DNA of 64,000 nucleotides from Octopus sinensis (Eukaryota), in the NCBI RefSeq assembly GCF_006345805.1, contig NC_043009.1, positions 19,220,001 to 19,284,000 on the forward strand, given 5' to 3'. The notes under the pieces were generated by a model. The model searched no databases, was not told the origin of the DNA, and saw nothing but the letters and a program-made list of their open reading frames with translations. A program made the translations under genes and the position numbers. Shown one piece after another: positions 39,796-52,657 of this stretch; position 1 is the stretch's first letter, and each line of letters starts with the position of its first letter.

Positions 39796-40311
39796 TTAAA
39801 TCAAACAGTTTTGTGTAAATATGATGAATTCTTCTGTCATTTTATTCCCTCCAGGGCGTGATGTTAATAACTCGCAAATATATATCTCCTCATACATTCT
39901 GAGAAGTGAAAGTGAAGCAGATTCAGTATATTTTCTGAGAGTATGCACTTTCAAGTCTTCTTCAAAATTGCAGCCGCTTGAAACGAAATGTTCAGCAGTT
40001 TCTGTTGAACTACTGTTATTGTGCCTGACGTTGAATGTGTGCCCATTAAACCTTTTGTTTAATTGTTCTGTTGTGCAACCAACATAAATCAAGTTGTGTT
40101 TCGTGCATACTGCAGCGTACACTAAATGGGAAACTTTACATGTTCCACTTTCTGTATAAATCATAACATTTCTGTTGTGATTTCTGATGGAATTCCCTTC
40201 ACTCACGTTGTTGCACAATGAACAGGGATTACCTCTCTTGCGGCTGTTCTTTAAGGTACTGCGTGCAGATACTCCAGTGTTCGTTTTCTTGGAGTCAAAT
40301 ATAGAGGTCAA
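39796..40311 (-). mobile_element. Penelope-like element, C-terminal GIY-YIG endonuclease fragment
   Basis: CSLC...VYAAVCTKHNLIYVGCTTEQLNKRFNGH...E.HF...L.MYEEIYICEL. Confidence 0.85.
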
Positions 40312-40629
40312 TAATTCTCTTATATTCTTATTCCGTCTAAAGGCTACAATAGGCGGCTGAGGAAATATCTGTTTGAAACGAGGATATTATTTCGCCACAT
40401 GCTGGTAACTTTCATGCAACACTTTTGAAATGCCAGCAAAATGTCGGTGCTAGCTAATCACTAAAGGAATTCTGTCATCTATTGTATTGTGTTTGTTAAA
40501 ATTATGCGTGTAGGTTTGACTATCTTATATATCCTTTACCAATTATTTTCAGGTTTTGGTTAGAATTGCGAATTTCTAGGGGAGTGTCGCGTTCATTCAT
40601 GCTGGTTTCTTTAATTTTCACCATTCAGT

Positions 40630-41163
40630 CATATGCCCTGATGCAGTACCAGGCAGTGGCTCTCGTGGCTTCTGATCTTAACTGATTGGAAGTATTATCA
40701 TGTACATTGTTTTGTCTTGGTATAAAAGATGGGCTACAGCAAATATTCTGCTCAATACCACAGATTTGCTTGTCAGTTGTTTGACCTTAACCAGTTGAGC
40801 ATGGCCCTTAGTGGCTGGCGATATGTGCATCTCTGATTATGAGCAGAAGTAGTGGGTGAGCATGATAGCCGTGTGTTGAGAGGGATTCTTTGGGGTTTAA
40901 ATAATTCAACTCTGGAAACATGGGTGTTTCGTTCAACTTCCTTAAACAATCCTTAATCAGGGACCTTTTGAGCGGGATGGGTTACTCGACCGGAAGAAAT
41001 TTCTAACTGCAAGGTCATGTGCTGTTTATCTTGATATGAGATCACCATGTCGCGCACATATGGTAGCGATGTGTACCCTCATCAGAAGGGTTGTCATGGG
41101 TATACAGTTCTTCGTATATTTCACCTGAGTGTCACTTTGATGGCATGCACTGCTCTCTCACTC

Positions 41164-41222
<59 letters not shown>

Positions 41223-41235
41223 TAATAATAATAAT
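40630..41235 (+). mobile_element. probable LINE 3' UTR fragment ending in an (AAT)n tail
   Basis: non-coding repeat-like sequence ending ctctctcactc(AAT)n. Confidence 0.45.
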
Positions 41236-41237
41236 AA

Positions 41238-41449
41238 TCTTTTTTACTCTAGGCATAAGGCCCGAAAGTTTTGGGGAGGGAGCCAGTCGATTAGATCGAC
41301 CCCAGTACGCAACTGATACATAATTTATCGACCTCAAAGGATGAAAAACAAAGTCGACATCGGCGGAATTTGAAGTCAGAACGTTAAGAGAGACGAAATA
41401 CCGCTAAGCATTTCGCCCAGCGTGCTAACGATTCTGCCAGCTCACCGCC

Positions 41450-41450
<1 letters not shown>
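41238..41450 (-). mobile_element. tRNA-derived SINE
   Basis: same family as 38330-39517 (head aaggcggtgagctggcagaatcgttagcac). Confidence 0.8.
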
Positions 41451-41511
<61 letters not shown>

Positions 41512-41530
41512 CATATTGATAATGATAATA

Positions 41531-41565
<35 letters not shown>

Positions 41566-41574
41566 AAAAATAAA

Positions 41575-42640
41575 GAAAGCTGCCTTCAGTTCCACGCCAC
41601 ATATTCTCCTCAAATATATCTAATACTATACAAACCTACATAAACTGGAGACAGAAACACCCTGAAGTAAGACCCTACATAGACTGTAACAAACTTGCCA
41701 ACGTCAGAAGAGACATTATGAAAAAGAAATTACTGACTGAATTAGATATTGACCAAATTAAACAAGCAGTAAGGGATAAAAAGAATGAAGCTGCAGCTAA
41801 AGAAGATACTACAGAGGAAATAATTATAGACCAGCCCAGGGCTGATGAAAATGCAGTAATGATTGAAAGAGTTAACGTAACTGATAGGCAAGGTGAAATA
41901 CTCTCTGAACCAACAATAGACACTAAGGCAGATGAAAATCAAATAGATGAAGAAAGTCACATAGAAATTGACCCAACAGAACTACGTGATCTAAAAAATC
42001 AAATCATGTCTGAATAGCTGAAAATTAAAGAAACCAGTGTGAATGAACGCGAACTCTCTCAGAAATTCGCAATTCTAACCAAAACCTGAAAAGAATTGGT
42101 AAAATCCGCCTTGCACTTATGGATATAATTTCAGCTAGTGATCTTGATATCACAGATCTGAACCACCTGTACTATGGATCCGGGAAATTCTCAACGATTC
42201 TATGTGGTGAAAAGATTAGAAAACGACAACATTCCCACAAAAAGCCTACTTGGCAAGAGCGTGTCCAACACCAAATTCAGCTACTTAGGTCTGACATAGA
42301 ATGTTTAAAAAAACCTCTTAAATTTGACAAGACTATCAAACTTACAAAAATCCGAAAATTAAAGAAAAAATATAATATGAAAACCATATTTGACATCCAC
42401 ACCACCATAGAAACCATCAAGCAAAAGGTATGTGCTAAAGTTGTCTGCATAGCACGGTATGAAAAGCGCTTTAGATTCTTCAAGGACAACAACATGCTCA
42501 AAAATAATCCCAAAAATTTTTACAGGAAGATAAGGAAAATACCAGCTACCGTAAAGATCTGTTCCCAGAAAGTCAAGCAAATGGAAGCATCCAGGAAAGG
42601 ATAAAATTCCTAACTTCTGGTTGAATGCCTTCCCAGAGAG
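41575..42640 (+). mobile_element. R4/Dong-like ORF N-terminal fragment after an (AAT)n(GAT)n tract
   Basis: KLANVRRDIMKKKLLTELDID; DITDLNHLYY..KPTWQERVQHQIQLLRSDI; IARYEKRFRFFKDNNM..NPKNFY. Confidence 0.75.
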
Positions 42641-42644
42641 CCAT

Positions 42645-43497
42645 GAACTGTAGATAGCCTATGCTACTTCTATCTACTGGCCTACGGAATATCTTATGTA
42701 AATACAATTTGGAAGACCCGATACTGTTTTCCTCTGTCCACATCGGCGCATTCGGGAAATCAAGTCAGTACTTGTCAGCCAAATGGAAACGACTGAGCAG
42801 GTTTGTGAGGCTTTTGCACCTCCTCTCCTATCGGCTAGCGTCATCCTATCCAGGCGTGCATCCAAAATGGTGTTCCAATCCCCTACTAGAACTAAAGAGT
42901 GAAATGTTCCAAGGAAAGTCTCCAAACGCTTGAAGAAATCTGGCCACTCCGCCCCATTTAGGGAGTACACAGCGACTAGTCTGAAAGCACCACCTTCGCT
43001 GTTACTCACATCTAAGAATACCACCTTAGCTTCCGTGGCCAGAAAGATCGTCCGTACCTCGAGATCCAGGGCTTTCCTAAACAGCACTGCCACCCGTCCC
43101 TCATTCCAGACCAGCTAATTGATGCGTAGATCTCAAAATTGTCGAAAATTTGGGCCAGATCATGTGTGTCGAAAATCTTGGTTTCGCTGACGACTGTCAC
43201 ATCCATAGATAGTAACCTGAGATCGTTGAGCAGGCGCCCCTGCTTCCAGAGCGACACCAGGCCACTCTAATCAATCCCATGCCGGTCGGAAAGAGTTGCG
43301 AGAAAGAAAAGAAGCAAGCTTACTCTCCCGGAGCTGTTGGCAGCCGGCTGACTTGATCTCTGGATCTGATTGGAGTTTTTCCTCCCGATGCTGTTGGCGG
43401 CCCAGTAACCTGGGCTCCGGATCTTGTCGCAGTTTCCCTGAGAAACCCTGCAAAAGTTTCTTAGAAGTTTTGACATTCGGATTTCCCACGTAATTGG
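42645..43497 (-). mobile_element. inverted copy of the Tx1-like segment ~32300-33150
   Basis: near-identical ORFs (KTSKKLLQGF.GKLRQDPEP; MS.WKQGRLLNDLRLLSMDV). Confidence 0.9.
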
Positions 43498-44440
43498 GGA
43501 AATTCCTACACTTCTTCTTTTGATAGGACAGACTGTACTGTAACTGGTATCTTCCCTATCTTCCTGTAAAAAAATTTGGGTTATTTTTGAACATGTTGTC
43601 CTAGCTTTAGCACATACCTTTTGCTTGATGGTTTCTATGGTGGTGTGGATGTCAAATATGGTTTTCATATTATATTTTTTCTTTAATTTTCGGATTTTTG
43701 TAAGTTTGATAGTCTTGTCAAATAAAGAGGTTTTTTTAAACATTCTATGTCAGACCTAAGTAGCTGAATTTGGTGTTGGACACGCTCTTGCCAAGTAGGC
43801 TTTTTGTGGGAATGTTGTCGTTTTCTAATCTTTTCACCACATAGAATCGTTGAGAATTTCCCGGATCCATAGTACAGGTGGTTCAGATCTGTGATATCGA
43901 GATCATTAACTGAAATTATATCAAGTTTTACCAATTCTTTTCAGGTTTTGGTTAGAATAGCGAATTTCTGAGAGTTCGCGTTCATTCACACTGGTTTCTT
44001 TAATTTTCGCCATTCAGACATGATTTGATTTTTTAGATCACGTAGTTCTGTTGGGTCAATTTCTATGTGACTTTCTTCATCTATTTGATTTTCATCTGCC
44101 TTAGTGTCTATTGTTGGTTCAGAGAGTATTTCACCTTGCCTATCAGTTACGTTAACTCTTTCAATCATTACTGCATTTTCATCAGCCCTGAGCTGGTCTA
44201 TAATTATTTCCTCTGTAGTATCTTCTTTAGCTGCAGCTTCATTCTTTTTATCCCTTACTGCTTGTTTAATTTGGTCAATATCTAATTCAGTCAGTAATTT
44301 CTTTTTCATAATGTCTCTTCTGACGTTGGCAAGTTTGTTACTGTCTACGTAGGGTCTTACTTCAAGGTGTTTCTGTCTCCAGTTCAAGTAGGTTTGTACA
44401 GCATTAGATCTATTTGTGAGGAAATATATGGCATGGTAGA
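43497..44440 (-). mobile_element. inverted copy of the Dong-like segment 41620-42560
   Basis: near-identical ORFs (MKKKLLTELDIDQIKQAVRDKK...). Confidence 0.9.
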
Positions 44441-44625
44441 AGGCCGTAAGAACTTCTTTATTATCTTCCCTAGACCATTTTTCATTCTTTGCCTTTTTTT
44501 TTATTTAATGACGAGCATGGATGGCCATATGTTGGAATATTCTGGTTGTGGAGTACTTTCAGCTCCTGTGTGACGGGAAAATTTGAACCAGTAGCTGATT
44601 TTTCGAATCGAATCTGGTTCATCAT

Positions 44626-45031
44626 TCAAGTACGTGGCCCTTTGTAATCCGGTCGACGACCAGTACGCTTTGTATTTTGCTTTGTTAACAGTGAGGTATG
44701 GCGAGCTTCGATGTTGGCATTAGGGGACGTATCTGTCTGTTTAGGGTTAATTTTTTGAGACAACACCGTCTCCGAGTTCTCTGCATGTAAACATTGCTCG
44801 TAACGTAGCTTCTTAAGGCTAACAGATCTATATCAAGTACGTGGCCCTTTGTGATCCGGTCGACGACCAATCTTGTTTGTAATTTGCTCTGTTATCACTG
44901 AGGCATGACGAGCTTCGACGTTGACATTAGGGGACGGATTTGTCTGTTTAGGATCAATTTTTTGAGATAACACTGTCACCGAGTACTCTACATTGCCCGT
45001 AACGTAACTTCTTAAGGCTAGCAGATATATA
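44626..45031. repeat. two diverged tandem copies of a ~207 bp unit
   Basis: tcaagtacgtggccctttgt(a/g)atccggtcgacgacca at 44626 and 44833; ...cttcttaaggcta.cagat at both unit ends. Confidence 0.8.
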
Positions 45032-48000
45032 TTCGTTTGTATATTTTTTTTGTTGATAGATTTATCTCCGAGCATAGTTTTTTGTGGTGTTTTTAAACTT
45101 ATGACTGGTTCGCTCTGTCAGTGTTAGTTCGAAATATAAAAATAAAAAAGTTTTGTTTTTGTTTTTGCTTCGTTTGTGACACGTGTTTTCATATGCGTAA
45201 ATGTGTGCCGTGTAAATTTCACGTAGTTGTGTAAACATAGAGATGTATATGTAGTTCAATGGGTATCAAAATGTATATATGATTGTGTAGACATTCGAGT
45301 GTGTGCATAATTTATGTATTTAATGTTTTGCTCCATTTCTATTTTATAATTTGTAAACTTTCCGGTGTTGAGTTCGCGGCTGGGTTTTGCATGATTCACT
45401 GAAACATCGTGCATAGCAGAAACTGTGCTTTGTATGGCAGTAAAATTTCGTGTTTTTTGGGGTTTTTTTTTTGTTATTTTCGTTAAAAGACCGCTTCCTT
45501 CAAGTCTTCCACAGGTTCCTTTATCAGATTCCATTTTTTGGGGGTGTGTGCAGCATTGTGTGTTCTTTTCTGGTGTTGAGAGTGTGGGAACTCTTCCCGG
45601 TACTGTATTGTGTTAGTTTTTTTCCCCTTTGGGATGTGGTGCTGTCTTTTGTTGTGTTCCTGCTTGTATTGTGTGTTGATTGTGGATTGCTGGTGGGGGT
45701 TTATTCCACTGGGTAAATGTTGTATAGAGTGTGCCTTGTATTTGTGGGTTGTTTTGGAACAGCTAACATCCTACGCAAGACAGCTGTTCCTAGCAGGGCT
45801 ATTTTTTGGACTGAGTTGTGTTGAGGATTCGGGTATAGCTTCTACATTTTTGTTCATATGATTTTTTATCTTGCCCAATGCTCCAATTATTATTGGTATT
45901 ATTTTTACCTTCATTTCCCACATTTTGAATACTTCAATTTCGAGGTCTTTGTACTTTGGACAATTTTTTCAATTCTTTTTCGATAATATTTTGATCAGAA
46001 GGGATTGCAATGTCCATCAAGAAGCAGGTGTAACGAACTTAGTGTGTGAATATCTTCTCTGGACCTTTTGGGGGTGCGAGAGGCAATCACTATTCGTTGC
46101 TTTAATAATCCAGAATTCTACCCGTCAGAAACAAACAGGACGCACACGTAAAATATATATAACTACTTTATTGTTTTATGGTGAGAGATCAGTGGTATAT
46201 CTGATATCCTTGGTTCTGGGCGCGCAAGGCTGAAAGTTAATCGATTGTAATATTTACAATGTTCAGCCGCTAAAAACAGAACGGGTTAAAGATGGCGTCC
46301 GGAACAGGGAAGATGATGTGGTCGGCAACAATTCAGGTTAAAAGCTTTCGGCCGACTGCTGCTAGAATCAAATTCGGACAGAGAGAAAATATACGTGACC
46401 GTTGCCTTCGATAGCCATGTCTCAAGTCGCTGCTTGCTGGACGCTGGTGGTCAACGTCTTACGATCCCCTTGCCTCGGCTAACTGCTACGTAGGCAAAAG
46501 GGTTCTTCTTCCGGTGGTGAAAGCACCAACCCCGCACGCGCGAAATACAAATGGACGGTGCGCGAGCGCACGCCGTTGTATAGGATCACTACAGAGCTGC
46601 ACCCCAGTGCGTAAGCACGACACAAAATTCCCTGTAGTGACTATAAAACTGAAGGTGGATACCAGATAACCAAATAGCACACAATATAATAAAATGGCAA
46701 AATTTACATCATACACAAGAAATTTACTAAAGGAAAAAAAGAGAAAAAATACTCAAAAGGAGCAAAAATTCAAAAGTGCATGCATGAAAGTGGATATGTC
46801 ACAAAGTATAGAGCCTTCCGCTGTAGGGAGTGGGAGGAAAGCAAATTCACAGTTAATGAACGTAGGCGAAATTAAATCCAACTTCTCTAAAGGTAGTTGA
46901 TCCTGCGAAATAGCAGTTAAGTCAATTGCTGCAGGAGAGGAAATGGAATCGACAGATAGTTCGCTAGTAACACAAAAGGCAAAAGTGCAAGCATGCTGGT
47001 GTGATGCGCGACACAGATAATTTTCTCTGTTAATTACGTGACCAACAGGAGTCTAACAGGGAAAAATAATTACGCCTATACATAGGCGCAGCGCATGTGA
47101 AAATCCGACATTCTATGAGTCGGGAAAATAATTAAGCTAACGCAAACGTGTTGCAAAAAACAAGGCAATACACGTGCGAAGCAAAGGCGCATGAAATGCA
47201 ATAGGGCTTGCCAGACCGAAAAAACAGCAATGAATATGCCAGTGGTTGAGCGATTATATGCCTCGTTCGTACAGGAACAAAAGTATGGCATGCCGGCGCG
47301 TTATAATGGACAAACAACCCTCTCTATGTATACGTGACCCCTAGGGTCTATAGAAATGAGGTGTGTCCACAAAAGGCAAATTTAGCATGGAACAAACAAG
47401 CGAGAAAAGCATGTGACGTATGTATGTGAGAGAGATAGCATTTATGTGTGTGTACGTGTGTGCGACAGAAATACATACAAGGTGAATGCGAGCAAAAATA
47501 AAAATACAGCGCATAGGAAAATGTCTCTCAAGGCTATTTCAGACAATGGAGTTAATTTACCAGTCTGTAATAGCCTGATGCACAATAGCAGTTCGTTCTG
47601 TAACAGAATGTTGAGATCACAAATGCAGATGCCGATTGGACACATATCGTGTAACGGTTGTGGCTTCAATGCTGTGACAGGTTAACTGGAACAGAAGAAT
47701 CTCGTAGATAGTGCTGGGCTGTTAATTATTGGCGCGCTATGCACGAACAGCGTGAAAGCTAAAGTTCCGCGAGTTGCTATGTACATCTTGTGGAGGTCGA
47801 CGGTGTTGAAAGGCGACGGTGGTGGTGGAAGGCGACTGTAGTGGACTTGAGACAACATTGTTCTTAGTGGTGATGGCGACGAAGATAACGACGACGTGAA
47901 GTTCTAAGACGACGATGATGATGACGAAGGCAGAGAAAAAGCATCGATGATATGATGGCGTCCGTCATCATTGTTGAAGAATAAGAAAAGGGCTCCTTCT

Positions 48001-48122
48001 ATAACGGTCCGAGTGGACGGAAACAAATCGTCGAAAGATGAATGCGTAGAGTTAATCGTGTTCCGACTTCGCAGAAAAACTGGATTTCTTTGTTGTTAAG
48101 TGATCTCTGGTTTTAGACCAGA

Positions 48123-48140
48123 ATCACGTCGGGGTCACCA
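48123..48140 (-). promoter_or_regulatory. primer-binding site complementary to the tRNA-Trp 3' end
   Basis: minus TGGTGACCCCGACGTGAT, complement of ..ATCACGTCGGGGTCA-CCA (eukaryotic tRNA-Trp), 1 nt from the LTR. Confidence 0.9.
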
Positions 48141-48240
48141 GTGTAACGAACTTAGTGTGTGAATATCTTCTCTGGACCTTTTGGGGGTGCGAGAGGCAAT
48201 CACTATTCGTTGCTTTAATAATCCAGAATTCTGCCCGTCA

Positions 48241-49116
48241 GAAACAAACAGGACGCAAACGTAAAATATATATAACTACTTTATTGTTTTATGGTGAGAG
48301 ATCAGTGGTATATCTGATATCCTTGGTTCTGGGCGCGCAAGGCTGAAAGTTAATCGATTGCAATATTTATAATGTTCAGCCGCTAAAAACAGAACGGGTT
48401 AAAGATGGCGTCCGGAACAGGGAAGATGATGTGGTCAGCAACAATTCAGGTTAAAAGCTTTCGGCCGACTGCTGCTAGAATCAAATTCGGACAGAGAGAA
48501 AATATACGTGACCGTTGCCTTCGATAGCCATGTCTCAAGTCGCTGCTTGCTGGACGCTGGTGGTCAACGTCTTACGATCCCCTTGCCTCGGCTAACTGCT
48601 ACGTAGGCAAAAGGGTTCTTCTTCCGGTGGTGAAAGCACCAACCCCGCACGCGCGAAATACAAATGGACGGTGCGCGAGCGCGCGCCGTCCATTTGTATT
48701 TCGCGCGTGCGGGGTTGGTGCTTTCACCACCGGAAGAAGAACCCTTTTGCCTACGTAGCAGTTAGCCGAGGCAAGGGGATCGTAAGACGTTGACCACCAG
48801 CGTCCAGCAAGCAGCGACTTGAGACATGGCTATCGAAGGCAACGGTCACGTATATTTTCTCTCTGTCCGAATTTGATTCTAGCAGCAGTCGGCCGAAAGC
48901 TTTTAACCTGAATTGTTGCTGACCACATCATCTTCCCTGTTCCGGACGCCATCTTTAACCCGTTCTGTTTTTAGCGGCTGAACATTATAAATATTGCAAT
49001 CGATTAACTTTCAGCCTTGCGCGCCCAGAACCAAGGATATCAGATATACCACTGATCTCTCACCATAAAACAATAAAGTAGTTATATATATTTTACGTTT
49101 GCGTCCTGTTTGTTTC
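48241..49116. repeat. 431-bp-arm palindrome with a 14-nt self-complementary spacer
   Basis: 48241-48671 is the reverse complement of 48686-49116; arms agree at every LTR-diagnostic variant checked. Confidence 0.95.
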
Positions 49117-50796
49117 CTGTTTGTATAGGATCACTACACAGGTGTTTTTTCCTCAATCCTTGCCTATTATGTCTGGGCAATTAGCTTTTATTTCTTTGTC
49201 GGTTTGAACCGGCATATCCCAGATGATTGTGGCCTAGTCGTTGTCTTGCACCTTGCTCGGCTCATGCTTATACCACCTGCTGTCAATTTTGATGTTGTAA
49301 TGTTGGCATATTGTCTAGTAGATATAACTGCTTACTATATTGTGCCTGTATACATATTCCGACTAGGCAAGGACTGGGACAGCCCAAGATGATGTGGTCA
49401 ACTGTCTCATTGTGTTGGTTCAACATTCTGCATTTGGTGTTGAGGCCTGTTTTCATTATTTTGTTATTTTAAATGTTTGTAGTCAGGTATTGGTCTTGTG
49501 TAGCGAGAATCAGTCCTTCAGTTTCGGATTTTGAGCCATTGTTGGCTTTTACTTAGGCTCACTTCTCTGTCAAGCCTTACAGGGTACTGGCCACGAAATG
49601 ATTTTTCTCAGCATTTCTTCTTCAGTATCTTTTGTGATTCAGTTTTCATGTTGTTTTTTGTCACTCTGACCATTTCTGCTATGTTGTTATCTGAAGTCAG
49701 TGTATCAGTGCAGTTTGCTTCTGTTTTGTATTTTGTCGCTTTGTTGTGTACAGAGAAAAGCGTATTCTTTTTCTTATGTTGCTTTACTCATGTTGTAGTA
49801 GTCATTCCTTCTTTGTTTCTAAGTACTTTGCTAGTCCAACTGTTGTTATTTTATATTAGTTATATTGTATCAGGCCACAGCCTCCTTCTGAGCAGGGTAG
49901 ATATATTCTGCCTGCGTCTGCTTTGGGGTGGTGACTTCGGTACACAGTTAAAAGTTTTCTTGTTTTCTATCTAGGTTTCTCAATTCACTGATCTTCCAGG
50001 TTATTATGTTAAAGCAGTATTTATGACTGGTATAGCTAGCGTGCTTATTATCTTAGTTTTAGCATTAGGTTCAGTGTTTGATATTAGTTTAACTCTTCGG
50101 TAATATTCTCTCCTAATTTTCTCTTTCAGTTCTGTGTGTTGTATTTTAGCTGTTTCTTCTATTCCTTGTGGTTTAATTCTCTAATTTCTGTGTCTATGTC
50201 GAGTGCAGTGTTTTCAGTGCTGAATAATTTGCCTCTTCTCAGTGTGACTTTGAAACATTTGTCCAGCCCCATGCTCATTTCGACGTCATTGCTGAAACTC
50301 TGAACAATGTTGATAAGGTTTCTCTGTTCCATGGTGCCTTTTGTGTAAGTTTTAGGTCATCCGTGTACAGGAAATGGTTTATTTATTGTCCGTAACACCT
50401 ATAACCCACGGTGGCTTCGTTTAACAATTTTGTTAGCGGAGTCAGAGTAAGGCAGAAAAGCAGGGATAACAATGAGTCTCCCTGGAAAATCCCTCTTCAT
50501 AGCGTAGGTGAGTCATTTTTTAATGCTATACTGGTTTTCCAGTTTGCCGTTGCATGTTCAAAATTTTTTACTAGTGTGTGGTGGGGGCTAACTTATTTGT
50601 GTGGAGAGATCCCAGCATCCATGAGTTTGGAACACTGTCGAATGCTTTCTGGTAATAAATCCAAGTCATGTTCAGGTTTGTTTTTCTCTTCTTACAATCC
50701 TCTATAATTATTCGGTTAACCGAAAGTTGCTCCGGCACACTTTTTGTTCTTCTGGTAAGACATTGTTGTTTTCCAGGTGCTTTATAAGCCGACTAT

Positions 50797-51195
50797 GGAA
50801 GCACTCCGTCGGTTACGACGATGAGGGTTCCGGTTGATCCGAATCAACGGAACAGCCTGCTCGTGAAATTAACGTGTAAGTGGCTGAGCACTCCACAGAC
50901 ACGTGCACCCTTAACGTAGTTCTCGGGGATATTCAGCGTGATACAGAGAGTGACAAGGCCGGCCCCTTGAAATACAGGTACAACAGAAACAGGAAGTAAG
51001 AGTGAGAGAAAGTTGTGGTGAAAGAGTACAGCAGGGATCACCACCATCCCCTGCCGGAGCCTCGTGGAGCTTTTAGGTGTTTTCGCTCAATAAACACTCA
51101 CAACGCCCGGTCTGGGAATCGAAACCGCGATCCTATGACCGCGATCCTATGACCGCGAGTCCGCTGCCCTATCCACTGGGCCATTGCGCCTCCAC
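50797..51195 (-). mobile_element. full-length tRNA-derived SINE with 13-bp TSD
   Basis: head gtggaggcgcaatggcccagtgg..ggtttcgattccc; TSD ataagccg(a/g)ctat at 50784-50796 and 51196-51208. Confidence 0.9.
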
Positions 51196-51359
51196 ATAAG
51201 CCGGCTATAGATGATTGATGTTAGGGTTTTGTAGGATGTTGATAGACATGTTAATGGTCTGTAATTTTGTGGGTGTACGATGTCTTTGTTTTGGGGTATT
51301 AGGGTGGCTTGCCCCTCCAGCATCCTGTTTGGTGTTGATTCTAGCTCACTTGTCAATAA

Positions 51360-51500
51360 ATTCTTTTCTACTCTAGGCACAAGGCCTGAAATTTTGGGGG
51401 AGGGGGCCAGTCGATTAGATCGACTCCAGTATGCAACTGGTACTTAATTTATCGACCCCGAAAGGATGAAAGGCAAAGTCGACCTCGGCAGAATTTGAAT
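51360..51500 (-). mobile_element. SINE body fragment
   Basis: same family as 41238-41450. Confidence 0.75.
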
Positions 51501-52657
51501 TCCAATAAATTGAACGCTTCTGCTAAGTGGTTATGGGTACTGATGAGATGTTTCAACCAGAAGTTGGGGATCTTGTCTATCCCAGGAGTTTTTCAGATGC
51601 TGGTACTCCTCAGTGTGTCCATGATCTCTTGGCCCGTGATGATGGACCATATCCGTTGTTCTATTGTGTTTTTCCTTTTCCCTACAAATCCACTGAGCAT
51701 TTTTGTTGTGTTTCTTTTTGGGGTTTGCTCCATATTGCTTCCCAGTATGACTGAATCGCTGGTGTTGATGGCATGGCATCTACTGATATAGTTTTTTTTT
51801 TTTTTGTTTAACTTTTCTTAAAAACTTTTGTGTTTATTTTAAATTCTCTATTTTGTCGGAAGAAGCGTTCCCGTTTTTCATACCATTTTATGCGGCGAGT
51901 TTTTGCTGCTATGCTCTGTTTAATTTTTTCTTTTCCCTCTCAGGTATCTTATTTATTATTTATGTATTGTTTTGTTATATTGGACATTTTTTTATTTCTC
52001 ATATTTGATCCCGTTTTCTCTAATTCACAAAGTAGTGATAAGTCTTTCTTTTGAATTTTATTTATTATGATCTGTTTCCATTTTGGGGTTTGAGATTTGG
52101 CTGGGATTTTTTTCTTTGTAAATGTCAAGTCCAGTTTACAGCTGTTGAGTAGATCAAGTCATTTAGTTTGTTGATATCTAGTGTATCTTTTGATATGGTT
52201 ATTATTACTTGTAAGGCTCTGTTGTATCTATTTATCCTTTCATAGAGTTGTTTATTTTTCTGTAACTTGGAGAGACGTTATTTATCGACTGTGCGACGTT
52301 TAATTCTTCTACGTTTGTTATTTCTTCAACCGGTTCATCTCCATCCTCCGTTATAGTTGGTCTGTTGTGGTGTGTGTTATTTTGTTTGTTGTTTTGTGCT
52401 TCAGTATTCGTCTGTCTATGTGTGTTGTTGGTTTTCTGTGATGTTCTATTTATTTCTGGGTTGGGAAGCTGTGCAGAGATTTCAATTTGTTTCAGCCTTT
52501 TATTTACTGTTTGTAGTGTTGTCTTTGTTGTGTTCCCTTCTTTCTTTTGTGATGTCTTATGCGTTTTCGGAAATATAATGTCTGGTGTGTTGTTTTTGCC
52601 AAATTGAGCTATGAAGTGTTTTGCTTTATTTTCCGTGTGTATTTCATCTGTTAGTTT

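Larger units (their letters stand above)
46029..49138 (-). mobile_element. non-autonomous LTR retroelement with two LTRs, PBS and 4-bp TSD
   Basis: LTRs TGTAACG...CACTACA at 46029-46593 and 48142-49138 (second carries a 432 nt fold-back insert); CAGG duplicated at 46025-46028 and 49139-49142; no recognisable gag/pol in the 1.5 kb interior. Confidence 0.9.

Noticed and set aside
51100-51195. tRNA-like sequence (also at 8974-9045)
   Set aside because: SINE heads with attached body and TSD; the 51100 copy has an internal duplication and no proper cloverleaf end.
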